Positions 19,984 through 30,570 of a DNA stretch of 47,378 nucleotides are shown piece after piece. The DNA lies in contig CAZGJX010000018.1 of assembly GCA_964525635.1 (NCBI GenBank), positions 1 through 47,378 of the forward strand. Direction: 5' to 3'. Under the pieces are notes generated by a model. That model had not been told where the DNA came from. It was given only the letters and a program-made list of their open reading frames with translations, and ran no database searches. Origin of the DNA: an uncultured archaeon. Its GTDB lineage: Archaea > Asgardarchaeota > Lokiarchaeia > Sigyniarchaeales > SOKP01. Each line of letters opens with the position of its first letter. Positions within the stretch are counted from its first letter, which is position 1. A program made the translations under genes and the position numbers.

Positions 19984-21411
19984 TTATTCATTATAATCTT
20001 TACCTGTCCAATCAGTATGAAAATAATTGTCTTCTGCTCTATCAATTCTTTTATATTTATGAGCTCCAAAATAATCTCTCTGAGCCTGTAATAAATTTGC
20101 GGGAAGATTTTCTGTACGATATCCATCATAATAACTTAAAGCACTAGAGATTGCTGGAATAGGTATACCAAGAAGGATAGCAATACTTATTATTTTTCTT
20201 AAACCTGATTGATTTTTAATAACTATTTCTTTAAAAAATGGATCTAGTAAGAGGTTAGGTAATTTTGGATTCTTATCATAAGCTTCTTTAACTTTAATTA
20301 AAAAACTACTTCTAATAATGCAACCATTTCGCCATATTGAAGCAATATTACCAAAATCCAGGTTCCAATTATATTTCTTACTTGCTTCCTTCATTAAGGC
20401 GAATCCTTGTGCATAGGAAATAATTTTAGCCATATAAACTGCCTTTTTTAAATCATCAATATAAACGTCTTTTTCTATTTCTATGTTTATATCAGGCCCT
20501 TTTAGCACTTTACTTGCCTGAACTCGCTCTTTCTTATAGTTTGAAAGATTTCTGGCAAATACACTTTCTGCTATTAATGGTAATGGGATTCCTAAATTTA
20601 AAGCGTTTATAACGGTCCATTTTCCCGTTCCTTTTTGTCCTGCTATATCAAGTATTTTATTTAATAAATATTCTCCATCATTATCCTTGAAAGTCAATAT
20701 TTTTGAAGTGATTTCAATTAAATAACTTTTTAATTCCTCATTATTCCATTTTTTAAATAATAAATGCATCTCATTATAATTTAAACCAATAATATTTTTC
20801 ATAATATGAAAAGCTTCAGATATTATTTGCATATCTCCATATTCAATTCCATTATGTACCATTTTGACAAAATGTCCTGCTCCATTTTCACCTATCCAAT
20901 CACAACAAGGAGTAATATCATTAATTTTAGCACTAATATCTTGAAATATTTTTTTAACAAGGGTCCAAGCTTTTTTAGAGCCTCCAATCATAATACAAGC
21001 TCCTCTTAAAGCTCCTTTTTCCCCACCTGAAATGCCTGTTCCGATAAAAAATAGACCTTTTTCTTCAATAAATTTCGTTCTTCTAATTGTATCTTTATAG
21101 TTAGAATTTCCTCCATCAATTATAACATCACCTTTATTTAAGATTGGCAGCATTTTTGTAATTATTGAATCAATAGCAAATCCTGCCTCAACCATTATCA
21201 TAACCTTTCTAGGTTTTTTCAATTGATTTAATAGGTTTTCTATACTATAACATCCAATAAAGTTTTTACCTTTTCCTCTTCCATTGATAAATTTAGTTAT
21301 TTTTTCGGTTGTTCTATTGAAAACTGCAACTTTATATCCTCTACTTTCGATATTTAATGCTAAAGACTCACCCATAATACCCAGACCTATTATCCCTATA
21401 TCTGCTACTAT
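19984..21411 (-). CDS. gndA: NADP-dependent 6-phosphogluconate dehydrogenase, decarboxylating (probable ATA/ATC start)
   Basis: GHFVKMVHNGIEYGDMQ, GQKGTGKW and QAQRDYFGAH. The Rossmann ADIGIIGLGIMG motif extends upstream of the ATG at 21375. GGAGG at 21421-21425 on the minus strand. Confidence 0.93.
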   Translation of the reverse strand: MVADIGIIGLGIMGESLALNIESRGYKVAVFNRTTEKITKFINGRGKGKNFIGCYSIENLLNQLKKPRKVMIMVEAGFAIDSIITKMLPILNKGDVIIDGGNSNYKDTIRRTKFIEEKGLFFIGTGISGGEKGALRGACIMIGGSKKAWTLVKKIFQDISAKINDITPCCDWIGENGAGHFVKMVHNGIEYGDMQIISEAFHIMKNIIGLNYNEMHLLFKKWNNEELKSYLIEITSKILTFKDNDGEYLLNKILDIAGQKGTGKWTVINALNLGIPLPLIAESVFARNLSNYKKERVQASKVLKGPDINIEIEKDVYIDDLKKAVYMAKIISYAQGFALMKEASKKYNWNLDFGNIASIWRNGCIIRSSFLIKVKEAYDKNPKLPNLLLDPFFKEIVIKNQSGLRKIISIAILLGIPIPAISSALSYYDGYRTENLPANLLQAQRDYFGAHKYKRIDRAEDNYFHTDWTGKDYNE

Positions 21412-22178
21412 GATTTTAATCCTCCTTAATATAAATTTGAAAAATTATTAAATAATAAATGGAACTTTAAATCTTGATGATATAAGAAATAATATTTAAA
21501 AAAATCTTAAATAATTATTTAATAACTTAACTTTCAATTTCTTTTATTATAGAAAAGAAAATTAGAGATCTTTACCAAGAATTAGATCAATTGATATTAT
21601 GACCTCATAATAATGATTAGTTTTACCTTTTCAGTAAACTATCATACCATAATAATCATTTTATTAATAAATAATCATATTTATTCGATCTTAATATCTT
21701 TATAAGCTTTAATGTTATAGAATAGATCTGATGAAACACCAAACCTACTTTCACTCAACATTACTCTAATGAGTTATCATTGTTAGCGGGCAAAAAATAA
21801 CAATCCTTGTAAAGAAAGAAGCTCATGTAGTAAATATATATGAAAAAAGCATTCACAAAAACCACTTCTATGGATGGGATAGAGGTATTCGGACTGATAC
21901 CACAAATAATCTACTGTAATATAATTAATAGTATTATTTAAAATAAGATGAGTATTTTATTTCTCATTTTAATGGTCTTATCAGAAGATTGTTATACTAT
22001 AATTATATAACAATTCTTTTTATTTAATAAAATATGTAAACATTAAGAAGATTTAAAATTATAAATACTATCTTATCGTTACTTTTAGTATGGAGAATAT
22101 AATAACATCTTTATTTTTAGATACTTAATATATTAATTAATCATGTTATTCTGAATTATACAATAAGAGTGATGAGAT

Positions 22179-23060
22179 ATAATACGTAAAATGACTCACG
22201 CTGGCTCATGGTATCCAGGAACAGAAAATGCACTATTAAAGGAAATGAATAATTTATTTACTGATGATAAATTTGGGCCTGGTGAGGAACCACATACTCA
22301 AAATCTAGAAAAAAGAACTATTATTGGAGGATTATGTCCACATGCAGGTATAAGATTCTCTGGTTATTGTGCAGCACACACCTATTTAAATTTGTTTAAA
22401 GAAAGAATTCCAGATACAATTGTTATTCTAGGTAATATACATAATAGATATAATGATATCGCAATATTTGAAAAAGGGGAATGGGAAACACCATTAGGAA
22501 ATTTAGAAGTTGATGATGAATTGGTACAAGTAATTCTAAATAAAAGTGAAATAATCCAACTAGATAATTCAGCATTTACAGGAGATTATGAGGCAGAACA
22601 TAATATTGAAATTCAATTACCATTTATAAAGTATTGTATGAAAGAGAGTAATTTAAAAATCGTACCTATAAAACTTGGATATAAAACATATCATAATTAT
22701 AAACTCTGTGAAGAAGTTGCTTCTGATTTATCTGAATCAATCAATTCTTATAATAAAGATGTTGTCATTGTAGCCTCATCAGATATGCAACATGAGGAAG
22801 TACTTAATCTCAAGAAATTAGAAAAATTTAAATCGAGAGATAAGGATGTTATAAATGCTTTTGAAGAATTAAATGCTGAAAAACTAATGAATATTGCATC
22901 TAATCTTACTGTTTGTGGACCGCAAACAATAACCACGTTATTACTTACTTGTAAAATATTAAATGCAACAAGTGGAAAATTATTAAAGTATTACACAAGC
23001 GTTGATAAAGGAGGATTTGGATATTGTGTAGGATATTTTTCGGGAGTAATTTCTTTGTGA
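22179..23060 (+). CDS. MEMO1 / AmmeMemoRadiSam protein B family
   Basis: HAGSWYP, PHAG..SG, WETPLG, EHNIEIQLPF, ASSDMQH and TVCG. Start is either ATA 22179 or ATG 22191. Confidence 0.9.
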   Translation: MIRKMTHAGSWYPGTENALLKEMNNLFTDDKFGPGEEPHTQNLEKRTIIGGLCPHAGIRFSGYCAAHTYLNLFKERIPDTIVILGNIHNRYNDIAIFEKGEWETPLGNLEVDDELVQVILNKSEIIQLDNSAFTGDYEAEHNIEIQLPFIKYCMKESNLKIVPIKLGYKTYHNYKLCEEVASDLSESINSYNKDVVIVASSDMQHEEVLNLKKLEKFKSRDKDVINAFEELNAEKLMNIASNLTVCGPQTITTLLLTCKILNATSGKLLKYYTSVDKGGFGYCVGYFSGVISL

Positions 23061-23116
23061 TGAGATAAAATTGAATAAATAATAAATTAAAATGAAATAT
23101 AGGAAATTTAAAAAAT

Positions 23117-24088
23117 ATGTCAAATGAAAAAAATAATTCAGAAGATTTCTTAAGTCTTTGGAGAAAAAAAACGGCCTCAGATTTAGAGCGACCTTCTGCT
23201 ATAGGAGAGGCTTTAAATCAACTTGAAAAAATAAAAGATGAAAATGAAAAATTAAGGAATAAGATAAATGATAATATTGAATTAATTAAAAATTCTGAAA
23301 ATTACTTAAAGAACGTTGTTGATGAGCGAGACAAATTAAAATCAGAAAAAGAACAGATTATAAATGATTCTAAAAAGAAAAATGAGAATCTTGAATGGTT
23401 ATTAAAACAAAAAGAAGAAGAGATTTCCTTAAAAATTACTCAAATAAAGAATAAAGATTCTGAAATTTTTGAATTAAAATCTAAAAGAAATAATTTGGGA
23501 TCATCGGGAGCCATATCAACGGGAGTTAATAAATCTTTAATAGAGGATCTTCAATTTGAACTATCAAAAAGAAAAGCTGAAATAGAAAAATTAAATAATA
23601 AATTAAATGCAATGGATAAAAGTCAAGAAAAACCTATAGCAAGCCCAAAATCTTCTGGTGGTCCTTCAAGTCCATTAGAAGTCTTATGTCAGGATCTGCA
23701 ATCAGATCTAAATAGATATAAAAAAATGGCAGAGCATTTACAAGCAGAAAACCAAAAATTACAAAGCAGCATTAGCAAAATAGACACAGCAGACAAAGTA
23801 GACTTAGAGGAACTAAATACTCTAAGAATAGAAAATAAAGAGTTTAGAGAAAGGATCTCAGAATTACAAAATATAATCAATAAAAATAAAATTGAGGATC
23901 TTAGGAAAAAAATAGAAGAAAATGATATAATAATTAATGAATTAAAGGAAACAAATAAATTATTAACTAAGGAAACTCCAGGTCCAATGAAAGAATTAAT
24001 AGATGAGTTGCAAGAGAAAATTAATAAATTAAAAATAACAGTAAATGACCAAGATAGAAAGATTAGAGAATTGCAGAAAAACAAATGA
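23117..24088 (+). CDS. long segmented coiled-coil protein
   Basis: E/K/N-rich heptads interrupted by G/S/P linkers. Confidence 0.75.
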   Translation: MSNEKNNSEDFLSLWRKKTASDLERPSAIGEALNQLEKIKDENEKLRNKINDNIELIKNSENYLKNVVDERDKLKSEKEQIINDSKKKNENLEWLLKQKEEEISLKITQIKNKDSEIFELKSKRNNLGSSGAISTGVNKSLIEDLQFELSKRKAEIEKLNNKLNAMDKSQEKPIASPKSSGGPSSPLEVLCQDLQSDLNRYKKMAEHLQAENQKLQSSISKIDTADKVDLEELNTLRIENKEFRERISELQNIINKNKIEDLRKKIEENDIIINELKETNKLLTKETPGPMKELIDELQEKINKLKITVNDQDRKIRELQKNK

Positions 24089-24245
24089 ACAATATTAGAC
24101 TTAATACAAATTCCTCTCTATTTTTTATTGATAGATATGATTTTATTTACACCATCATTAAATTCAAAAAAAAAGGAATTAAAATAAGGTGAATCTTCTT
24201 GATATTATCGTTTATTGAACATTAAAAATTTTTATTTAAAAGGAG

Positions 24246-24845
24246 TTGATTATAATTCATATTAATTGTCATTACGCGATTGGAGTTATTTTAGCTTCAA
24301 TAGCCTGTTCCTTTTTTTATTTAAACACTATAGAATTTTGGTTGATTGTAATCTTTTCTACTGTATGTGATTTAGATATTTTCTTGAAAAAATTTGCATT
24401 AGATAGAAACCATAGAAATCTTATTTCTCATTCAATTATTCCTAGTTTAATTATTATCATAATTGGTACTTTCACTTTATGGATTGCATTAATTATTAGT
24501 GGAATCTCATATTTATTACACATCATAATTGATACTCTTGATTGGGGGACAAATTTTTTTTATTTTAACCATAAAAATATCGGATTTCGATTTCTTATAT
24601 CTAAAGAGGACCTAAGGAATCTAGAAAAGATATTAACTGAATATAAAAATCCAACATCATTTTTCGATTTTAAATATTATAAAAATAAAATAATTCAAAC
24701 AATTGAAATATTATTATTTATTTTAATGGTAATTTCTATCATTAATTTTGCTTATAATTATCTCTACATTATAATTTTTTATTTTCTTGGATTATTATTC
24801 CACATTTTAAGACATTATCATTTATTGAAAATTGAGAAAAATTAG
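24246..24845 (+). CDS. membrane-bound metal-dependent hydrolase (YdjM-like)
   Basis: H...DLD...HRNLISHS...HIIID motif series with hydrophobic helices. Confidence 0.75.
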   Translation: MIIIHINCHYAIGVILASIACSFFYLNTIEFWLIVIFSTVCDLDIFLKKFALDRNHRNLISHSIIPSLIIIIIGTFTLWIALIISGISYLLHIIIDTLDWGTNFFYFNHKNIGFRFLISKEDLRNLEKILTEYKNPTSFFDFKYYKNKIIQTIEILLFILMVISIINFAYNYLYIIIFYFLGLLFHILRHYHLLKIEKN

Positions 24846-25026
24846 ATTAAATATTCAAATCTTACCGTTTAAATTAAAAATCTTTATGTTTATATAATAA
24901 ATTCTAGCTAAAAATCCCAAAATTAGAATGAGAAATTTATTTCTTTTTTTTTTAGGATATCTAACATTTATTATATTTTAAATGGTATTAAAGACTGTAT
25001 ATATAAAAACAAAATAATAGAGTAAA

Positions 25027-25470
25027 ATGTCAGAAATAGATAAAATTTCAACTCATGTTGGAATTTCATTAGAAAAAGAAATGATTTTTAAATGTGAGTT
25101 AGGGGAAATGAATATAAAAGATTGTTATATTGATGAAGTTCATGAAAATGAAGCTGAAATGTGGGGACCTAATCCCTCTCGTATGTTGGGGATGGCTACA
25201 ATTGGATGTTTATCTGCAAGTTTTATTTTTTGTATGAAAAAAAAGAATTTTAATATAGAGAATCTTGAGACAAACGCTGAAGTGATTATAGAAAGAAATG
25301 AGAAAGGATATTGGCGTGTGAAAAAAATAGATGTAAATATTAAACCAAAATTAGATTCTCCAGAAATGAAAAAAAGAGCAGAACAATGTAGGAAATTTTT
25401 TGAAGATTATTGTGTAGTCACTCAAGCTATACGGGAAGGTATAGAAGTAGATGTGAAATTTGAATATTGA
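25027..25470 (+). CDS. OsmC/Ohr-family protein
   Basis: GPNPSRML...GCL and YCVVTQAI two-cysteine pattern. Confidence 0.8.
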   Translation: MSEIDKISTHVGISLEKEMIFKCELGEMNIKDCYIDEVHENEAEMWGPNPSRMLGMATIGCLSASFIFCMKKKNFNIENLETNAEVIIERNEKGYWRVKKIDVNIKPKLDSPEMKKRAEQCRKFFEDYCVVTQAIREGIEVDVKFEY

Positions 25471-25538
25471 ACTATACTTATTTTTAATTAATTTGATTTT
25501 TTTTATGTTTTTAGATTCTTTTAATAGATGTCAGTTAT

Positions 25539-26534
25539 TTAATCTTTTATCCCTTCATCACAAATTGAAAAGACAGCATCAGCTTCAGGTAAATGGGGTG
25601 CATCAACCACTTTTGCGACTCTTTGTTCTCCTTTTCCTTTTCTCAAATAAACTCTTATAGTAGCACCATGAGCAATAATATTACCTCCTGTATGTGTGAT
25701 TGGATTACCGTAGAAGACATCTGGCTTTGAAGAAACTTGATTTGTAATAAGAACAGCTAATTCATCATAAGTTTCACTTAATCTAAGTAAATCATGAATA
25801 TGACTATTTAAAACTTGTTGCCTTGTTGAAAGAGTACCTCTTCCAATATATTCACTTCGAAAGTGAGAAATAATTGAATCCACAACAATAAGTTTTATAT
25901 TTTTTTCTTTTACCATTCTTGAAGCTTCTTTTGAAAGAAGTATTTGATGATCACTATTATAAGCACGCCCTATTATAATATTTTTAAGTATTTTATTATA
26001 ATCTAAGTCCCTAGCTTCAGCCATATTTATTATTCTTTCAGGTCTAAATGTTCCTTCTGAATCTATATATAAAGCATTTCCTTCAAGACCCCCTAATTCA
26101 TAAGATAATTGTACATTAACACAAAGTTGGTGTGCTAATTGTGTTTTCCCTGTTCGATATTCACCAAACAATTCTGTTACGGCTCCTGGTTCTATTCCCC
26201 CTCCTAATAACTCATCCAAACTATTACTTCCAGTCGTTAATTTTTTAATTTTTCTTCTTTTCTCCCAAATCAATTCGGCAGATTCAAAACCCATTTTTTC
26301 TATATCTTGAGCAGATTTAATGAGTTTAATAGAAGTTTTTTCCCCAAGACCTGTGTCTTCCATTAATTTTAATTGAGGATATATAGCTAATGCACGAATA
26401 GATAAGATTCCTGCATCTTTAAGTTTTTTTAATGTTACATCTCCTATTCCTGGTATATCATCAAGTATAAACTCTTTAGATTTGGATTCCAATTTATCTG
26501 AATTTCTTTCTGAATCAAGATTTTTTTTTGCCAT
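25539..26534 (-). CDS. radA: DNA repair and recombination protein RadA
   Basis: N-terminal HhH (IPGIG), Walker A GEYRTGKTQ, DSEGTFRPER, Walker B LIVVDS and HFRSEYIGRG. Confidence 0.92.
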   Translation of the reverse strand: MAKKNLDSERNSDKLESKSKEFILDDIPGIGDVTLKKLKDAGILSIRALAIYPQLKLMEDTGLGEKTSIKLIKSAQDIEKMGFESAELIWEKRRKIKKLTTGSNSLDELLGGGIEPGAVTELFGEYRTGKTQLAHQLCVNVQLSYELGGLEGNALYIDSEGTFRPERIINMAEARDLDYNKILKNIIIGRAYNSDHQILLSKEASRMVKEKNIKLIVVDSIISHFRSEYIGRGTLSTRQQVLNSHIHDLLRLSETYDELAVLITNQVSSKPDVFYGNPITHTGGNIIAHGATIRVYLRKGKGEQRVAKVVDAPHLPEADAVFSICDEGIKD

Positions 26535-26651
26535 GACATTATCATAAATATTATTTTTAAGAAAATTAGATTCTCTATTCTTTATTATGAAATCAAATAT
26601 AAAAATAATAGGTTAAAAAATAAAGGTTGGAAAAAAAAAAATTATTATTTA

Positions 26652-27341
26652 TTATTTTATTTCTTTCCCGCTTCTTGTTATTATTAATAGAAGAATAAAA
26701 AGTACTACTGAAAATAGCAATACTAGAACCCCCCATGCCTCTGGAAGCCAAATATAACTTAATATTATAAATGGAATAAGAAATATCGCTACAATAATCA
26801 ATAAAACTGGAAATGCTATAGCTTCTCCTTTAATGTCCAAAAGAATTGGTCCCATGATCAAAATAATAATGAAAGTCATTAATACTTTAAATGCTAAAGC
26901 CAAATATGGATCTACTTCAGATGCAAAAATATCTGGAAGGTAAAAAATATCAAGAAGTGGTTCAGAAGTTGCTCCTAAATCCTGCAAACTTGTATCTATA
27001 TATGGTATAATCCCTGCAACTATGAATTGTAAAATAACTGCCATCATAAAAAACAAGAAAATATCATTATAATCTTTAGTTTTTCGATATACTAGTATAA
27101 TATCTCTCAATAAACATAGAATCCATAAACTAAATAATACGATATAAGAGATAACAATTGTCATATCAACAGGATCTAATTTTACCGCCCACATATAATT
27201 AACTGGAAGAAGTGCTACTATATAAGCTAAGTATCGATATCTTTCGTTCCTTTTAAAAACATCAAAAATAAGAAATACTCCGAAAATAATGAATAATACT
27301 GTTAATATAATTACTTTATTAATTAAGTCTACATCCGTCAT
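26652..27341 (-). CDS. multi-pass membrane protein of unknown function
   Basis: About seven hydrophobic segments. Confidence 0.7.
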   Translation of the reverse strand: MTDVDLINKVIILTVLFIIFGVFLIFDVFKRNERYRYLAYIVALLPVNYMWAVKLDPVDMTIVISYIVLFSLWILCLLRDIILVYRKTKDYNDIFLFFMMAVILQFIVAGIIPYIDTSLQDLGATSEPLLDIFYLPDIFASEVDPYLALAFKVLMTFIIILIMGPILLDIKGEAIAFPVLLIIVAIFLIPFIILSYIWLPEAWGVLVLLFSVVLFILLLIITRSGKEIK

Positions 27342-27563
27342 TATTAAATCATTTTCCTTTTTTTTTTTTTAATATGATATATATATAATAATAATTACTT
27401 CATAGTTTTTTAAATATTTAATAATCCAATTATTAAAAATGATATGTTTTTCAGATAATAGTTTTTTGTTTCATTCTTAATAAAAAAAAACACATTTAAA
27501 CTTTAATAAATCATAAGAGATTTAGAAATAATCTATATTCAAGCATAGTAAAAATAAATTTAT

Positions 27564-28952
27564 TTATATGATCTCTGTTACTAATTGAGAAAATTCAGAA
27601 ATCATATTTTTTGCTTTCTTTATATCATCTGATTCAGCAGAAAGCAGAATTGCGTCTCTAGATAATGCTGATTTTATTACAATATAAACATCATTATTAA
27701 TGATTTTTAATTCATTAATAATATCATAAAACTTAAAGTTCCGTTGGATTAAAGTATCCCTTAATTTACTTTGAAAATTTTCTATTTTCTCAGAAGGAAT
27801 TGGAATTGTTTTATGTAATTTTATTCCTTTTGGAAAACCTTTTATTAATGAGCTAATTAAATCATCTTGATTAGTCATTATCTCAAGAATTTTTAATAAA
27901 ATTAAAATTCCATCGCTAAATGGAGCAAATTCAGGAAAGTAAAATTCTAGCGTATCTGAGGCGGCAAAACAAGCTCTTTCCTCCCTAATTTGTCTAGGAA
28001 TTGTACCTGGATAATTTTTAACTTCTTTAACTGGAAAACCATTTTCTTCAATAAATTTTTTGACTACTGATGAAATCTCAGGGTTAATTATAATTGTATT
28101 TCCTTTAGACTTTTGAATTCTCTCATTATATGATATAAATAGCATTAAAAGATCTTCAAAACTTAATTCTGAACCATTTTCATCTATAATTAAAATTCTT
28201 GAAGCATCTACATCAAAACATATTCCTAAATGACTTTCAGAAGCTTTGATAATTTCTATAGTATTTCTAATTGTTCTAATATTAGGAATTGAACCAATTC
28301 TTTGTCGATAATGAGTATTTAATGCAATTATTTCAACGCCTATTTCATTAAGTAATATTGGTACTATTTTTCCCACAGGACTATATGAACAATCAATAAC
28401 AACTTTCCAATTTTTATCCCCAATTTTTTTTCTATCTACGAATTGTTGTAATGATTTTATATAAATATCCTCTGTTTGAGGAATTCCTGTTAATTTTCCT
28501 ATATCATTTGAATTTACTCTATGAATACCTTTAGGATAATTAATATAAGAATTTATCATTTTTTGGTTCTCTAGTTGTGTAATTTCTATACCTTGTGCAT
28601 CTAAGAAACGTATACAAACATAATCTGAATATAAATGACCTCCCGAGAAATAAACACCCCCGCTTGCTCCAAATCTTCTTATTGTAAATTGCAACAATGG
28701 TAATGTACAATCTGATAAATTAAGTGTATTTATCCCAGAACTCATTAATCCAGCTGAAAAGGATCTCTTAAGCATTCTACAATCGTAATGATAATCTCGT
28801 CCAATGATAACTGATTCATTAGGATCAAATTGTTTTCCATAAATCACTGCTAATTTACTAGTAATTTCTGGAACTAACTCAATATTACCTTTTCCAATAA
28901 TTCTTCCATCTTTTACGAATGGAAATATTTCTTTATTTTCTTTACTCATCAT
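27564..28952 (-). CDS. alpha-phosphohexomutase-like protein (probably catalytically degenerate)
   Basis: IIGRD, KVVIDC and SDGI fold motifs are present, but the phosphoserine loop reads FSGGHL and the metal loop FDVDASR. Confidence 0.75.
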   Translation of the reverse strand: MMSKENKEIFPFVKDGRIIGKGNIELVPEITSKLAVIYGKQFDPNESVIIGRDYHYDCRMLKRSFSAGLMSSGINTLNLSDCTLPLLQFTIRRFGASGGVYFSGGHLYSDYVCIRFLDAQGIEITQLENQKMINSYINYPKGIHRVNSNDIGKLTGIPQTEDIYIKSLQQFVDRKKIGDKNWKVVIDCSYSPVGKIVPILLNEIGVEIIALNTHYRQRIGSIPNIRTIRNTIEIIKASESHLGICFDVDASRILIIDENGSELSFEDLLMLFISYNERIQKSKGNTIIINPEISSVVKKFIEENGFPVKEVKNYPGTIPRQIREERACFAASDTLEFYFPEFAPFSDGILILLKILEIMTNQDDLISSLIKGFPKGIKLHKTIPIPSEKIENFQSKLRDTLIQRNFKFYDIINELKIINNDVYIVIKSALSRDAILLSAESDDIKKAKNMISEFSQLVTEII

Positions 28953-29354
28953 AGTTTATTATAAAATAACATTTAATAAATTTAGTTACGTGAAAGGGTA
29001 CACCTTTAAAAATTACCAACTTTTTAAATCAAATTTAATAATTGGGATTTTAAAATAAACTTTTAATTGTAAAAAAAACCATTTCTTTATGTTTTGAAAG
29101 TGAAATATCAATTCATTAATATTCATTCTAATTACTTTCTTTATTACAATATCATTTAATTTCTGTATCAATTTAATTTAATTGACAAATAAAATTCATA
29201 AATATTTTCATATTGTACATACTTCAACCAGCTATCATAAAAGTATTTAAATCAAAGTAATTTATTAATATTTTTAAGAATTGAAATTTAATGAACAATT
29301 TTCAATCCTCCATTGATATTACATTATTATCATTAGCATTTATTTATAATCAAA

Positions 29355-30509
29355 ATGACGTATAAAGACTGGTCAGCAATCATACTAGCGGGTGGAAAAG
29401 GAAATAGGCTTATGCCTTTAACAGCAGAAAATCCTAAACCCCTTATAAAAGTAACTAATGTACCCATGGTGGATTATTCCATTGCTCATTTAATTTATGC
29501 TGATATTAAACATATAATACTTGCTTTAGCGTATAAGGGGGATAAAATAAAAAATTATGTTGAAAAAACTTGGACTTCTGAACGATTAGGTGATGTTGAA
29601 ATTGAATGTATTATTCAGGAAAGTAAAGGTACTGCTGATGCTATACGATTACTATCTGATGATATAAATGCAAAAAATATCGTAATCTCAATGGCAGATA
29701 TAGTTACAAATCTACCAATGAAAGATTTCATGAATTTTCATAAGGAGAAAGGAGGAATCTCAACAATTTCAATGAAGTCAGTAGGATCTTATACCTCTCA
29801 ATATGGAGTAGTTTTAATAGATAATAATCGTAAAATTTATTTATTTTTAGAGAAACCTGCTCCAATGGAGCTTTATGTAAGTAGTATGGCACAAAAAAAT
29901 GATTTATATTTACACACAAACGTAATTAATACTGGAATTTACTGCTTTAATAATGATATAATAAATCTTCTCAATAATAATAATATGGTAGATTTTGGAG
30001 GAGATGTTTTTCCTTTTTTACTTGAAAATGAGTACGATCTATATGGTTATGTTAAAGACTATTATTGGATGGATTGTGGAAATACGCAAATGTATTTATG
30101 GGCTAATTGGGATTTATTAAGAAAATATAGTTGGCCTATTACACCAAATGGTAAAGAATATGATGGAATTTATGTTATGGGAATTATAAATTCTGGAGAA
30201 AATGTGGAGATTCAAAAACCTACTTGTTTTGGAGAACAGGTTCAATTACATAGTAAAGTAAAGATAAAAGAATTAACTTCTATTGGTAATCGTGTAAATA
30301 TTGGTGAGGACACTATTATTGAAAAAAGTGTGATATGGGATAATGTCAATATTGGAGCAGGGTGTAATATCAATGAAAGTGTAATTAGTAATCATTGTAC
30401 GATTGGAGATAATGTAGTAATTGAAAGAACAACAATTGGACCAAACTGTAAAATTAGCGATGATTTGGTATTGAAAAATGAAACTTTAAAATTAGGTATA
30501 AATATTTAA
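29355..30509 (+). CDS. NDP-sugar pyrophosphorylase with C-terminal left-handed beta-helix
   Basis: ILAGGKGNRLMPLT..PKPL, GTADA, FLEKP, NTGIY, YWMDCG and hexapeptide repeats. Confidence 0.9.
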   Translation: MTYKDWSAIILAGGKGNRLMPLTAENPKPLIKVTNVPMVDYSIAHLIYADIKHIILALAYKGDKIKNYVEKTWTSERLGDVEIECIIQESKGTADAIRLLSDDINAKNIVISMADIVTNLPMKDFMNFHKEKGGISTISMKSVGSYTSQYGVVLIDNNRKIYLFLEKPAPMELYVSSMAQKNDLYLHTNVINTGIYCFNNDIINLLNNNNMVDFGGDVFPFLLENEYDLYGYVKDYYWMDCGNTQMYLWANWDLLRKYSWPITPNGKEYDGIYVMGIINSGENVEIQKPTCFGEQVQLHSKVKIKELTSIGNRVNIGEDTIIEKSVIWDNVNIGAGCNINESVISNHCTIGDNVVIERTTIGPNCKISDDLVLKNETLKLGINI

Positions 30510-30570
30510 TCTCTATATAGTTTTTATAAAAAAAAAATAAATGAAAAATATTTTTACTTGAGATGAGATA

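Noticed and set aside
21728-21740. CTGATGA resembling a hammerhead ribozyme core
   Set aside because: No flanking stems or correctly placed GAAA could be built.
28993-29007. Near-palindrome AAAGGGTACACCTTT upstream of the phosphomutase-like gene (and ACCTTTTAAAGGT near 35352)
   Set aside because: Short, imperfect and single-copy in AT-rich DNA; not distinguishable from chance.
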